64,000 nt of DNA from Eledone cirrhosa (Eukaryota): positions 17,794,001 through 17,858,000 of the forward strand of contig OZ024740.1 in assembly GCA_964016885.1 (NCBI GenBank), in the 5' to 3' direction. The translations under genes and the position numbers were made by a program. Below are positions 37,878 to 53,700 of the stretch, in pieces. Position 1 is the first letter of the stretch. Each line of letters begins with the position of its first letter. The notes under the pieces were generated by a model. That model saw nothing but the letters and a program-made list of their open reading frames with translations. It searched no databases and was not told the DNA's origin.

Positions 37878-38062
37878 CTCATGCTTCCCGAAATACGCCA
37901 AACCTACACCTGATGTACCCCTTCCATACACATGCACACGTGTGTATCAGGACACATGCACTGTTCATTTTCCTGACGTTTGTACATTACCCTATGTACT
38001 ATACATACACTTTTTGATGAGTTGTAGTGCACCTGAGCATTGTACACAATATTTCATTATTT
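37877..38062 (+). mobile_element. CR1/L2 3' UTR fragment
   Basis: Near-identical to 16331-16513. Confidence 0.8.
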
Positions 38063-38065
38063 CAT

Positions 38066-38099
<34 letters not shown>

Positions 38100-38273
38100 G
38101 AATGAAATTTGGTTGACGAAAACTGTGCAGAAGCCCGCCATATATATATATATATATATAGTAAGGTTGCTTGGATGTGTCCATAGGCGGTATGCCGGTT
38201 GAGCACTCTATGCTCCTTCAGTATAATAATATGGAAAACGAAGAATCAGTGATGCATCGGAACACAATTTATT

Positions 38274-38365
38274 ACGTATTACATTGTTTGTCCGGCGAAC
38301 AGCTCGAGGTATGATCTGTTTGTGGATTGAACCTGACTCTGGATTCGCAAGTTCCTCAGATACGT
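38274..38365 (-). ncRNA. Degenerate hammerhead-like motif
   Basis: acgtat-CTGAGGA-...gcgaa..ttcgc...-cAAA-caat-GTA-atacgt; G12 appears mutated to C. Confidence 0.45.
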
Positions 38366-38747
38366 CTATCGACTTCGAAGCAAATCTTCTGTGTATATAT
38401 ATGACAGGCTTCTGCACAGTTTTTGTCAACCAAATTTCACTCACAAGGCTTTCGTCAGCCGGTTTGTATAATAAAATAGTCTTTCCAAAGGCGGTATTTT
38501 AAAGGCATCGAACGGCTGCAAAGCGAAATAAACCACACAGCCAAAGACTTTTGTCCATATTAAATTTCGACATTCATATCTTTCTTAAGAACCTTGATTA
38601 CTAATGCGAAGGTTCTGGAACGTGGCTATTGCTAATTGAAAACTATATCTGCATTTGAGAGCTTACAAAGCACAATCATCCCGCATATCTCTTATAAACA
38701 TTGAGTCAGTGCTGGAATTACAGGCAAGTATTATTTCTATAAATGCA

Positions 38748-38940
38748 AGGGCGGTGGATTGGCAGTATCGGTAGAGGCTCGGACGCCATGCTTTGACGCA
38801 TAGAGTTACGGCCCTTGCCATTCTGAGCTCAAATCTCGCCGAGGTTAACTTTGCCTTTCATCCTTACGGGGTCGATAAAATAAAGTATCAGTAATACACT
38901 GGGTATTTGCTGGCCTTGTGCCAAAAATAGAAACAATTAT
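38748..38940 (+). mobile_element. Full-length monomeric tRNA-derived SINE
   Basis: 18-bp TSD attatttctataaatgca at 38730-38747 and 38936-38953. Confidence 0.92.
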
Positions 38941-39233
38941 TTCTATAAATGCATCTGATAAGCCAGTAATTTTCATCACCTAAAATAACAAGGGAAGTAA
39001 TTGAAACGATAATTATCTCCCTTATAAACATTAAACCTGCTAAATTTTGTCTTGTTCTATAATTGTGTTTCGTTTTTCTACGTTCTGAGTTCAAATACTG
39101 CTACAGTCGACCTTAAATATCGACCATTTACGTTCTGAATTTAAATCTCATCGATATGAACTGTGTCTTTTATTTTCCAAGATCGGTAAATAAATTACCA
39201 ATCGATTTTATACCGATACAATACATTACAGAA

Positions 39234-40235
39234 AGGCGGCGAATTAGTAGAGTCGCTAGAACGTTAGATAGAATGGTAGAGTGGTTAGAACGTCAGATAG
39301 AATGGTAGAGTGGTTAGAACGTCAGATAGGATGGTAGAGTGGTTAGAACGTCAGATAGGATGGTAGAGTGGTTAGAACGTCAGATAGAATGGTAGAGTGG
39401 TTAGAACGTCAGATAGGATGGTAGAGTGGTTAGAACGTCAGATAGAATGGTAGAGTGGTTAGAACGTCAGATAGAATGGCAGAGTGGTTAGAACGTCAGA
39501 GAGAATGGTAGAGTGGTTAGAACGTCAGATAGAATGGTAGAGTGGTTAGAACGTCAGATAGAATGGTAGAGTAGTTAGAACGTCAGAGTGGTTAGAACGT
39601 CAGATAGAATGGTAGAGTAGTTAGAACGTCAGAGTGGTTAGAACGTCAGATAGAATGGTAGAGTGGTTAGATCGTCAGATAGAATGGTAGAGTGGTTAGA
39701 TCGTCAGATAGAATGGTAGAGTGGTTAGAACGTCAGATAGAATGGTAGAGTGGTCAGAACGTCAGGTAGAATGGTTAGAACGTCAGATAGAATGGTAGAG
39801 TTGTTAGAACGTCAGATAGAATGGTAGAGTGGTCAGAACGTCAGGTAGAGTGGTTAGAACGTCAGATAGAATGGTAGAGTTGTTAGAACGTCAGATAGAA
39901 TGGTAGAGTGGTTAGAACGTCAGATAGAATGGTAAAGTGGTTAGAACGTCAGATAGAATGGTAGAGTGGTTAGAACGTCAGATAGAATGGTAGAGTGGTT
40001 AGAACGTCGGGTAGAATGGTAGAGTCGTTAGAACGTCAGATAGAATGGTAGAGTGGTTAGAACGTCGGGTAGAATGGTAGAGTGGTTAGAACGTCGGGTA
40101 GAATGGTAGAGTGCTTTGTAGTATTCATTCCGGTTCTGTGCTCTCTCAATTCAAATCCCGCTGAGATCAACTTTGCCTTTCATCCTTTGGAGGTCGATAA
40201 AAAAAAGAGTACCAGTCAAGTATTGGAGTTGACTG
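39234..40235 (+). mobile_element. Related SINE subfamily with a 29-bp head unit amplified about 30 times
   Basis: Unit agaatggtagagtggttagaacgtcagat over about 39240-40112, then ttcaaatccc and caactttgcctttcatcc...gtcgataa body. Confidence 0.85.
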
Positions 40236-40777
40236 TTCCCCCTCCCCCCTCTCTCGTGTATGTATGTATGTGTGTGTGTCTTTTATCATTCTATATCGAA
40301 GGAGGGGAACAACGAATGAAGTCCCTTGCTATATACGTTCTGCATCGAGTTAAAGATACTCCCTTATCACTGCTACCCCGTCGGAAATGCAGTTAATCAA
40401 TGAATCAATGGTCTATGGGCAACATATTACCAAAGATACTATTGATTACCAATTGCGATATAAGATAAATAGAATCAATAACCAAGTACATGAGACCACT
40501 CCAGATATGTTTCTGTATAATTGAATCTAAACAACGAAATATACATACATATACATACCTACATAGATATACATAGGTACATATATACATACAGAGAGAG
40601 GGAGAGAGAGTAATAATAAATACAAAGGCCAAAATCTAAAGTGGACTCAATGAGAGTTGTGTGTGTGTGTGTATGTGTTTATGTAAAAGGTAAACAGAAA
40701 TAACAACACAATCGGTACAGTATATGGAAGGGATATATTAGGTTAACGTGAGGTATAGCAGGAAGAGGGTGTGTGTG

Positions 40778-40811
<34 letters not shown>

Positions 40812-40947
40812 TGTATGTGTGTGTGTGTCTGTGTGCGTATGATTATTCATTTAAGTTTTGTGGCTCATCACTGATCATTCTGTATAGTTAACCATGACGT
40901 AATAGTAGGAAAAGCACTCAACCATACGCAACTCATCCATTATATAT

Positions 40948-41009
40948 CATCATTCATCATCATCATTATCATTTTACGTCCGCTTTTCCCTGCTTGCAAG
41001 GGTGGGACG

Positions 41010-41010
<1 letters not shown>
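40948..41010 (-). mobile_element. RTE-type 3' tail fragment
   Basis: (CAT)n-ttttacgtccgcttttccctgcttgcaagggtgggacg, same as 19152-19210. Confidence 0.7.
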
Positions 41011-41074
<64 letters not shown>

Positions 41075-41078
<4 letters not shown>

Positions 41079-41390
41079 CAAGAAAGAAGAGTGACACGGT
41101 TTGCTATACAATAAGGGCTTTATTCACATTGCTGACAATTGTTTCTCTGAACTGGCAGGTCTAGAGATCGCTACCTGCCTGTTTCTGTGTCAATCGATCA
41201 CCAATACATAGTTATAACCAGTCAATTCATCAGAGCTATAGAAGCCATGCCTGTGTATTCCCTTCATTCTCGCAAGCTCTGGTAGGTGGGTAGCGATCTC
41301 TAGACCTACCAGTTCAGAGAAACAATTGTCAGCAATGTGAATAAAGCCCTTATTGTATAGCAAACCGTGTCAATCTTCTTTCTTGATTTA
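41075..41390. repeat. Inverted repeat with ~105-bp arms containing a minus-strand hammerhead (41131-41236)
   Basis: Minus strand: gct-CTGATGA-attgactgg...ccagttcaga-GAAA-caattg-TC-agc; GAAACAATTGTC is repeated in the right arm. Confidence 0.75.
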
Positions 41391-41624
41391 TCATTACTCC
41401 AAGTGTAAACAACATAGAAATCACCGCGTACTCGCAGCATCACTATGGATACGCCTTGTTGAGTCAAACTTAGCCAAGCGTTGATACTATCCACTACTCG
41501 GAGTACCCTAACTGGACTACATCTAAGTGGACTACCTATAACAATAATTTGTTATCCCATATATATATATATGTGTGTGTGTGTGTGTATAAAAACCCGC
41601 AGAGCAAATATTTATTATTAGTAG

Positions 41625-41735
41625 TACAGATTTAAAGTTTAACCAACTTTCTGCTTTCATCCTATTAAGGGATCTTCAGATGATCCCTTAATAGGGTGAA
41701 AGTAGAAATTCATTCCTTAAACTTTAAATTTGTAC
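41625..41735. repeat. Fold-back with head-to-head hammerhead-like cores
   Basis: Minus: CTGAAGAtcccttaataggatGAAA; plus: CAGATGAtcccttaatagggtGAAA; arms gtacagatttaaagtttaa / ttaaactttaaatttgtac. Confidence 0.6.
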
Positions 41736-41739
41736 CAAA

Positions 41740-44700
41740 CATACATACCCACATGTATATATAGAGAAGTAGTAAGACCACAGTTCACCATACCGAGTAC
41801 ATACCCACATGTATATATAGAGAAGTAGTAAGACCACAGTTCACCATACCGAGTACATACCCACATGTATATATAGAGAAGTAGTAAGACCACAGTTCAC
41901 CATACCGAGTACATACCCACATGTATATATATAGAGAAGTAGTAAGACCAGAGTTCACCATACCGAGTACATACACACATGTATATATAGAGAAGTAGTA
42001 AGACCACAGTTCACCATACCGAGTACATACACACATGTATATATATAGAGAAGTAGTAAGACCAGAGTTCACCATACCGAGTACATACACACATGTATAT
42101 ATAGAGAAGTAGTAAGACCACAGTTCACCATACCGAGTACATACACACATGTATATATAGAGAAGTAGTAAGACCACAGTTCACCATACCGAGTACATAC
42201 ACACATGTATATATATAGAGAAGTAGTAAGACCACAGTTCACCATACCGAGTACATACACACATGTATATATATAGAGAAGTAGTAAGACCACAGTTCAC
42301 CATACCGAGTACATACACACATGTATATATAGAGAAGCAGTAAGACCACAGTTCACCATACCGAGTACATACACACATGTGTATATAGAGAAGTAGTAAG
42401 ACCACAGTTCACCATACCGAGTACATACACACATGTGTATATAGAGAAGTAGTAAGACATAGTTCACCATACCGAGTACATACACACATGTATATATATA
42501 GAGAAGTAGTAAGACCACAGTTCACCATACCGAGTACATACACACATGTGTATATAGAGAAGTAGTAAGACCACAGTTCACCATACCGAGTACATACACA
42601 CATGTGTATATATAGAGAAGTAGTAAGACCACAGTTCACCATACCGAGTACATACACACATGTATATATATAGAGAAGTAGTAAGACCACAGTTCACCAT
42701 ACCGAGTACATACACACATGTGTATATGTAGAGAAGTAGTAAGACCACAGTTCACCATACCGAGTACATACACACATGTGTATATAGAGAAGTAGTAAGA
42801 CCACAGTTCACCATACCGAGTACATACACACATGTGTATATATAGAGAAGTAGTAAGACCACAGTTCACCATACCGAGTACATACACACATGTATATATA
42901 TAGAGAAGTAGTAAGACCACAGTTCACCATACCGAGTACATACACACATGTATATATAGAGAAGTAGTAAGACCACAGTTCACCATACCGAGTACATACC
43001 CACATGTATATAGAGAAGTAGTAAGACCACAGTTCACCATACCGAGTACATACACACAAGTGTATATAGAGAAGTAGTAAGACCACAGTTCACCATACCG
43101 AGTACATACACACATGTGTATATAGAGAAGTAGTAAGACCACAGTTCACCATACCGAGTACATACAGACATGTATATATATAGAGAAGTAGTAAGACCAC
43201 AGTTCACCATACCGAGTACATACACACATGTATATATAGAGAAGTAGTAAGACGACAGTTCACCATACCGAGTACATACACACATGTATATATAGAGAAG
43301 TAGTAAGACCACAGTTCACCATACCGAGTACATACACACATGTATATATATAGAGAAGTAGTAAGACCACAGTTCACCATACCGAGTACATACACACATG
43401 TATATATAGAGAAGTAGTAAGACCACAGTTCACCATACCGAGTACATACACACATGTATATATAGAGAAGTAGTAAGACCACAGTTCACCATACCGAGTA
43501 CATACACACATGTATATATAGAGAAGTAGTAAGACCACAGTTCACCATACCGAGTACATACACACATGTATATATAGAGAAGTAGTAAGACCACAGTTCA
43601 CCATACCGAGTACATACACACATGTATATATAGAGAAGTAGTAAGACCACAGTTCACCATACCGAGTACATACCCACATGTGTATATAGAGAAGTAGTAA
43701 GACCACAGTTCACCATACCGAGTACATACACACATGTGTATATAGAGAAGTAGTAAGACCACAGTTCACCATACCGAGTACATACCCACATGTGTATATA
43801 GAGAAGTAGAAAGACCACAGTTCACCATACCGATTACATACACACATGTGTATATAGAGAAGTAGTAAGACCACAGTTCACCATACCGAGTACATACACA
43901 CATGTATATATATAGAGAAGTAGTAAGATCACAGTTCACCATACCGAGTACATACACACATGTATATATAGAGAAGTAGTAAGATCACAGTTGACCATAC
44001 CGAGTACATACACACATGTATATATAGAGAAGTAGTAAGACCACAGTTCACCATACCGAGTACTTACACACATGTGTATATAGAGAAGTAGTAAGACCAC
44101 AGTTCACCATACCGAGTACATACACACACATGTATATATAGAGAAGTAGTAAGACCACAGTTCACCATACCGAGTACACACACACATGTATATATAGAGA
44201 AGTAGTAAGACCACAGTTCACCATACGGAGTACATACACACATGTATATATATAGAGAAGTAGTAAGACCACAGTTCACCATACCGAGTACATACACACA
44301 TGTATATATAGAGAAGTAGTAAGATCACAGTTCACCATACCGAGTACATACGCACATGTGTATATATAGAGAAGTAGTAAGACCACAGTTCACCATACCG
44401 AGTACATACCCACATGTATATATAGAGAAGTAGTAAGACCACAGTTCACCATACCGAGTACATACACACATGTGTATATATAGAGAAGTAGTAAGACCAC
44501 AGTTCACCATACCGAGTACATACCCACATGTATATATAGAGAAGTAGTAAGACCACAGTTCACCATACCGAGTACATACACACATGTATATATAGAGAAG
44601 CAGTAAGACCACAGTTCACCATACCGAGTACATACACACATGTGTATATATAGAGAAGTAGTAAGACCACAGTTCACCATACCGAGTACATACACACATG

Positions 44701-47700
44701 TATATATAGAGAAGTAGTAAGACCACAGTTCACCATACCGAGTACATACACACATGTGTATATAGAGAAGTAGTAAGACCACAGTTCACCATACCGAGTA
44801 CATACACACATGTGTATATATAGAGAAGTAGTAAGACCACAGTTCACCATACCGAGTACATACACACATGTATATATATAGAGAAGTAGTAAGACCAGAG
44901 TTCACCATACCAAGTACATACACACATGTATATATATAGAGAAGTAGTAAGACCACAGTTCACCTTACCGAGTACATACACACACATGTATATATAGAGA
45001 AGTAGTAAGACCACAGTGCACCATACCGAGTACATACACACATGTGTATATATAGAGAAGTGGTAAGACCACAGTTCACCATACCGAGTACATATACACA
45101 TGTATATATAGAGAAGCAGTAAGACCACAGTTCACCATACCGAGTACATACACACATGTGTATATAGAGAAGTAGTAAGACCACAGTTCACCATACCGAG
45201 TACATACCCACATGTATATATATAGAGAAGTAGTAAGACCAGAGTTCACCATACCGAGTACATACACACATGTATATATATAGAGAAGTAGTAAGACCAG
45301 AGTTCACCATACCGAGTACATACACACATGTGTATATAGAGAAGTAGTAAGACCACAGTTCACCATACCGAGTACATACACACATGTGTATATATAGAGA
45401 AGTAGTAAGACCACAGTTCACCATACCGAGTACATACCCACATGTATATATAGAGAAGTAGTAAGACCACAGTTCACCATACCGAGTAATACACACATGT
45501 ATATATAGAGAAGTAGTAAGACAACAGTTCACCATACCGAGTACATACCCACATGTATATATAGAGAAATAGTAAGACAACAGTTCACCATACCGAGTAC
45601 ATACACACATGTATATATAGAGAAGTAGTAAGACCACAGTTCACCATACCGAGTACATACACACATGTGTATATAGAGAAGTAGTAAGACAACAGTTCAC
45701 CATACCGAGTACATACACACATGTGTATATAGAGAAGTAGTAAGACCACAGTTCACCATACCGAGTACATACACACATGTATATATAGAGAAGTAGTAAG
45801 ACAACAGTTCACCATACCGAGTACATACACACATGTATATATAGAGAAGTAGTAAGACCACAGTTCACCATACCAAGTACATACACACATGTATATATAT
45901 AGAGAAGTAGTAAGACCACAGTTGACCATACCGAGTACATACACACATGTATATATAGAGAAGTAGTAAGACCACAGTTCACCTTACCGAGTACATACAC
46001 ACATGTATATATAGAGAAGTAGTAAGACCACAGTTCACCATACCGAGTACATACACACATGTGTATATAGAGAAGTAGTAAGACAACAGTTCACCATACC
46101 GAGTACATACACACATGTGTATATATAGAAGTAGTAAGACCACAGTTCACCATACCGAGTACATACACACATGTATATATAGAGAAGTAGTAAGACGACA
46201 GTTCACCATACCGAGTACATACACACATGTATATATAGAGAAGTAGTAAGACCACAGTTCACCATACCGAGTACATACACACATGTATATATATAGAGAA
46301 GTAGTAAGACCACAGTTCACCATACCGAGTACATACACACATGTATATATAGAGAAGTAGTAAGACCACAGTTCACCTTACCGAGTACATACACACATGT
46401 ATATATAGAGAAGTAGTAAGACCACAGTTCACCATACCGAGTACATACACACATGTGTATATAGAGAAGTAGTAAGACCACAGTTCACCATACCGAGTAC
46501 ATACACACATGTGTATATAGAGAAGTAGTAAGACCACAGTTCACCATACCGAGTACATACACACATGTATATATATAGAGAAGTAGTAAGACCACAGTTC
46601 ACTATACCGAGTACATACACACATGTATATATATAGAGAAGTAGTAAGACCACAGTTCACCATACCGAGTACATACACACATGTATATATAGAGAAGTAG
46701 TAAGACCACAGTTCACCATACCGAGTACATACACACATGTATATATAGAGAAGTAGTAAGACCACAGTTCACCATACCGAGTACATACACACATGTATAT
46801 ATAGAGAAGTAGTAAGACCACAGTTCACCATACCGAGTACATACACACATGTATATATAGAGAAGTAGTAAGACCACAGTTCACCATACCGAGTACATAC
46901 CCACATGTGTATATAGAGAAGTAGTAAGACCACAGTTCACCATACCGAGTACATACACACATGTGTATATAGAGAAGTAGTAAGACCACAGTTCACCATA
47001 CCGAGTACATACCCACATGTGTATATAGAGAAGTAGTAAGACCACAGTTCACCATACCGAGTACATGCCCACATGTGTATATAGAGAAGTAGTAAGACCA
47101 CAGTTCACCATACCGAGTACATACACACATGTATATATATAGAGAAGTAGTAAGACCACAGTTCACCATACCGAGTACATACACACATGTATATATAGAG
47201 AAGTAGTAAGACCACAGTTCACCATACCGAGTACATACACACATGTGTATATAGAGAAGTAGAAAGACCACAGTTCACCATACCGATTACATACACACAT
47301 GTGTATATAGAGGAGTAGTAAGACCACAGTTCACCATACCGATTACATACACACATGTGTATATAGAGAAGTAGTAAGACCACAGTTCACCATACCGAGT
47401 ACATACACACAGGTATATATATAGAGAAGTAGTAAGATCACAGTTCACCATACCGAGTACATACACACATGTATATATAGAGAAGTAGTAAGATCACAGT
47501 TCACCATACCGAGTACATACACACATGTATATATAGAGAAGTAGTAAGACCACAGTTCACCATACCGAGTACTTACACACATGTGTATATAGAGAAGTAG
47601 TAAGACCACAGTTCACCATACCGAGTACATACACACACATGTATATATAGAGAAGTAGTAAGACCACAGTTCACCATACCGAGTACACACACACATGTAT

Positions 47701-50700
47701 ATATAGAGAAGTAGTAAGACCACAGTTCACCATACGGAGTACATACACACATGTATATATATAGAGAAGTAGTAAGACCACAGTTCACCATACCGAGTAC
47801 ATACACACATGTATATATAGAGAAGTAGTAAGATCACAGTTCACCATACCGAGTACATACCCACATGTGTATATATAGAGAAATAGTAAGACCACAGTTG
47901 ACCATACCGAGTACATACCCACATGTATATATAGAGAAGTAGTAAGACAACAGTTCACCATACCGAGTACATACACACATGTATATATAGAGAAGTAGTA
48001 AGACCACAGTTCACCATACCAAGTACATACACACATGTGTATATAGAGAAGTAGTAAGACCACAGTTCACCATACCGAGTACATACACACATGTATATAT
48101 ATAGAGAAGTAGTAAGACCACAGTTCACTATACCGAGTACATACACACATGTATATATAGAGAAGTAGTAAGACCACAGTTCACCTTACCGAGTACATAC
48201 ACACATGTATATATAGAGAAGTAGTAAGACCACAGTTCACCATACCGAGTACATACACACATGTGTATATAGAGAAGTAGTAAGACCACAGTTCACCATA
48301 CCGAGTACATACACACATGTGTATATAGAGAAGTAGTAAGACCACAGTTCACCATACCAAGTACATACACACATGTATATATATAGAGAAGTAGTAAGAC
48401 CACAGTTCACCTTACCGAGTACATACACACACATGTATATATAGAGAAGCAGTAAGACCACAGTTCACCATACCGAGTACATACACACATGTGTATATAG
48501 AGAAGTAGTAAGACCACAGTTCACCATACCGAGTACATACCCACATGTATATATATAGAGAAGTAGTAAGACCAGAGTTCACCATACCGAGTACATACAC
48601 ACATGTATATATATAGAGAAGTAGTAAGACCACAGTTCACCATACCGAGTACATACACACATGTGTATATAGAGAAATAGTAAGACAACAGTTCACCATA
48701 CTGAGTACATACACACATGTGTATATAGAGAAGTAGTAAGACCACAGTTCACCATACCGAGTACATACACACATGTATATATAGAGAAGTAGTAAGACAA
48801 CAGTTCACCATACCGAGTACATACACACATGTATATATAGAGAAGTAGTAAGACCACAGTTCACCTTACCGAGTACATACACACATGTATATATAGAGAA
48901 GTAGTAAGACCACAGTTCACCATACCGAGTACATACACACATGTGTATATAGAGAAGTAGTAAACGACAGTTCACCATACCGAGTACATACACACATGTA
49001 TATATAGAGAAGTAGTAAGACAACAGTTCACCATACCGAGTACATACACACATGTGTATATAGAGAAGTAGTAAGACAACAGTTCACCATACCGAGTACA
49101 TACACACATGTGTATATAGAGAAGTAGTAAGACCACAGTTCACTATACCGAGTACATACACACATGTATATATAGAGAAGTAGTAAGACAACAGTTCACC
49201 ATACCGAGTACATACACACATGTATATATAGAGAAGTAGTAAGACCACAGTTCACCATACCGAGTACATACCCACATGTATATATAGAGAAGTAGTAAGA
49301 CCACAGTTCACCATACCGAGTACATACACACATGTATATATATAGAGAAGTAGTAAGATCACAGTTCACCATACCGAGTACATACACACATGTGTATATA
49401 GAGAAGTAGTAAGACCACAGTTCACCATACCGAGTACATACCCACATGTATATATATAGAGAAGTAGTAAGACCACAGTTCACCATACCGAGTACATACA
49501 CACATGTATATATAGAGAAGTAGTAAGACCACAGTTCACAATACTGAGTACATACACACATGTGTATATAGAGAAATAGTAAGACAACAGTTCACCATAC
49601 CGAGTACATACACACATGTGTATATAGAGAAGTAGTAAGACCACAGTTCACCATACCGAGTACATACACACATGTATATATAGAGAAGTAGTAAGACAAC
49701 AGTTCACCATACCGAGTACATACACACATGTATATATAGAGAAGTAGTAAGACCACAGTTCACCTTACCGAGTACATACACACATGTATATATAGAGAAG
49801 TAGTAAGACCACAGTTCACCATACCGAGTACATACACACATGTGTATATAGAGAAGTAGTAAACGACAGTTCACCATACCGAGTACATACACACATGTAT
49901 ATATAGAGAAGTAGTAAGACCACAGTTCACCATACCGAGTACATACACACATGTGTATATAGAGAAGTAGTAAGACCACAGTTCACCATACCGAGTACAT
50001 ACACACATGTGTATATATAGAGAAGTAGTAAGACCACAGTTCACCATACCGAGTACATGCCCACATGTGTATATAGAGAAGTAGTAAGACCACAGTTCAC
50101 CATACCGAGTACATACACACATGTGTATATAGAGAAGTAGTAAGACAACAGTTCACCATACCGAGTACATACACACATGTGTATATAGAGAAGTAGTAAG
50201 ACCACAGTTCACCATACCGAGTACATACACACATGTATATATAGAGAAGTAGTAAGACAACAGTTCACCATACCGAGTACATACACACATGTATATATAG
50301 AGAAGTAGTAAGACCACAGTTCACCATACCAAGTACATACACACATGTATATATATAGAGAAGTAGTAAGACCACAGTTGACCATACCGAGTACATACAC
50401 ACATGTATATATAGAGAAGTAGTAAGACCACAGTTCACCTTACCGAGTACATACACACATGTATATATAGAGAAGTAGTAAGACCACAGTTCACCATACC
50501 GAGTACATACACACATGTGTATATAGAGAAGTAGTAAGACAACAGTTCACCATACCGAGTACATACACACATGTGTATATATAGAAGTAGTAAGACCACA
50601 GTTCACCATACCGAGTACATACACACATGTATATATAGAGAAGTAGTAAGACGACAGTTCACCATACCGAGTACATACACACATGTATATATAGAGAAGT

Positions 50701-53700
50701 AGTAAGACCACAGTTCACCATACCGAGTACATACACACATGTATATATATAGAGAAGTAGTAAGACCACAGTTCACCATACCGAGTACATACACACATGT
50801 ATATATAGAGAAGTAGTAAGACCACAGTTCACCTTACCGAGTACATACACACATGTATATATAGAGAAGTAGTAAGACCACAGTTCACCATACCGAGTAC
50901 ATACACACATGTGTATATAGAGAAGTAGTAAGACCACAGTTCACCATACCGAGTACATACACACATGTGTATATAGAGAAGTAGTAAGACCACAGTTCAC
51001 CATACCGAGTACATACACACATGTATATATATAGAGAAGTAGTAAGACCACAGTTCACTATACCGAGTACATACACACATGTATATATATAGAGAAGTAG
51101 TAAGACCACAGTTCACCATACCGAGTACATACACACATGTATATATAGAGAAGTAGTAAGACCACGGTTCACCATACCGAGTACATACACACATGTATAT
51201 ATATAGAGAAGTAGTAAGACCAGAGTTCACCATACCAAGTACATACACACATGTATATATATAGAGAAGTAGTAAGACCACAGTTCACCTTACCGAGTAC
51301 ATACACACACATGTATATATAGAGAAGCAGTAAGACCACAGTTCAGCATACCGAGTATATACACACATGTGTATATAGAGAAGTAGTAAGACCACAGTTC
51401 ACCATACCGAGTACATACCCACATGTGTATATAGAGAAGTAGTAACACCACAGTTCACCATACCGAGTACACACACACATGTATATATAGAGAAGTAGTA
51501 AGACCACAGTTCACCATACCGAGTACATACACACATGTATATATAGAGAAGTAGTAAGACCACAGTTCACCATACCGAGTACATACCCACATGTGTATAT
51601 ATAGAGAAGTAGTAAGACCATAGTTCACCATACCGAGTACATACCCACATGTATATATAGAGAAGTAGTAAGACCACAGTTCACCATATCGAGTACATAC
51701 ACACATGTATATATAGAGAAGCAGTAAGACCACAGTTCACCATACCGAGTACATACACACATGTGTATATATAGAGAAGTAGTAAGACCACAGTTCACCA
51801 TACCGAGTACATACACACATGTATATATAGAGAAGTAGTTAGACCACAGTTCACCATACCGAGTACATACACACATGTGTATATAGAGAAGTAGTAAGAC
51901 CACAGTTCACCATACCGAGTACATACACACATGTGTATATATAGAGAAGTAGTAAGACCACAGTTCACCATACCGAGTACATACACACATGTATATATAT
52001 AGAGAAGTAGTAAGACCAGAGTTCACCATACCAAGTACATACACACATGTATATATATAGAGAAGTAGTAAGACCACAGTTCACCTTACCGAGTACATAC
52101 ACACACATGTATATATAGAGAAGCAGTAAGACCACAGTTCACCATACCGAGTACATACACACATGTGTATATAGAGAAGTAGTAAGACCACAGTTCACCA
52201 TACCGAGTACATACCCACATGTATATATATAGAGAAGTAGTAAGACCAGAGTTCACCATACCGAGTACATACACACATGTATATATATAGAGAAGTAGTA
52301 AGACCACAGTTCACCATACCGAGTACATACCCACATGTATATATAGAGAAGTAGTAAGACCACAGTTCACCATACCGAGTACATACACACATGTATATAT
52401 ATAGAGAAGTAGTAAGATCACAGCTCACCATACCGAGTACATACACACATGTGTATATAGAGAAGTAGTAAGACCACAGTTCACCATACCGAGTACATAC
52501 CCACATGTATATATATAGAGAAGTAGTAAGACCACAGTTCACCATACCGAGTACATACACGCATGTATATATAGAGAAGTAGTAAGACCACAGTTCACAA
52601 TACTGAGTACATACACACATGTGTATATAGAGAAATAGTAAGACAACAGTTCACCATACTGAGTACATACACACATGTGTATATAGAGAAGTAGTAAGAC
52701 CACAGTTCACCATACCGAGTACATACACACATGTATATATAGAGAAGTAGTAAGACAACAGTTCACCATACCGAGTACATACACACATGTATATATAGAG
52801 AAGTAGTAAGACCACAGTTCACCTTACCGAGTACATACACACATGTATATATAGAGAAGTAGTAAGACCACAGTTCACCATACCGAGTACATACACACAT
52901 GTGTATATAGAGAAGTAGTAAACGACAGTTCACCATACCGAGTACATACACACATGTATATATAGAGAAGTAGTAAGACAACAGTTCACCATACCGAGTA
53001 CATACACACATGTGTATATAGAGAAGTAGTAAGACAACAGTTCACCATACCGAGTACATACACACATGTGTATATAGAGAAGTAGTAAGACCACAGTTCA
53101 CTATACCGAGTACATACACACATGTATATATAGAGAAGTAGTAAGACAACAGTTCACCATACCGAGTACATACACACATGTATATATAGAGAAGTAGTAA
53201 GACCACAGTTCACCATACCGAGTACATACCCACATGTATATATAGAGAAGTAGTAAGACCACAGTTCACCATACCGAGTACATACACACATGTATATATA
53301 TAGAGAAGTAGTAAGATCACAGTTCACCATACCGAGTACATACACACATGTGTATATAGAGAAGTAGTAAGACCACAGTTCACCATACCGAGTACATACC
53401 CACATGTATATATATAGAGAAGTAGTAAGACCACAGTTCACCATACCGAGTACATACACACATGTATATATAGAGAAGTAGTAAGACCACAGTTCACAAT
53501 ACTGAGTACATACACACATGTGTATATAGAGAAATAGTAAGACAACAGTTCACCATACCGAGTACATACACACATGTGTATATAGAGAAGTAGTAAGACC
53601 ACAGTTCACCATACCGAGTACATACACACATGTATATATAGAGAAGTAGTAAGACAACAGTTCACCATACCGAGTACATACACACATGTATATATAGAGA

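Noticed and set aside
38099-38443. Fold-back of the hammerhead class
   Set aside because: The arms are two oppositely oriented fragments of a separate SINE-like family, not hammerhead halves
40457-40527. Possible minus-strand exon (ttgtttag...G|gtaatc)
   Set aside because: Splice-like ends only; no recognisable protein similarity
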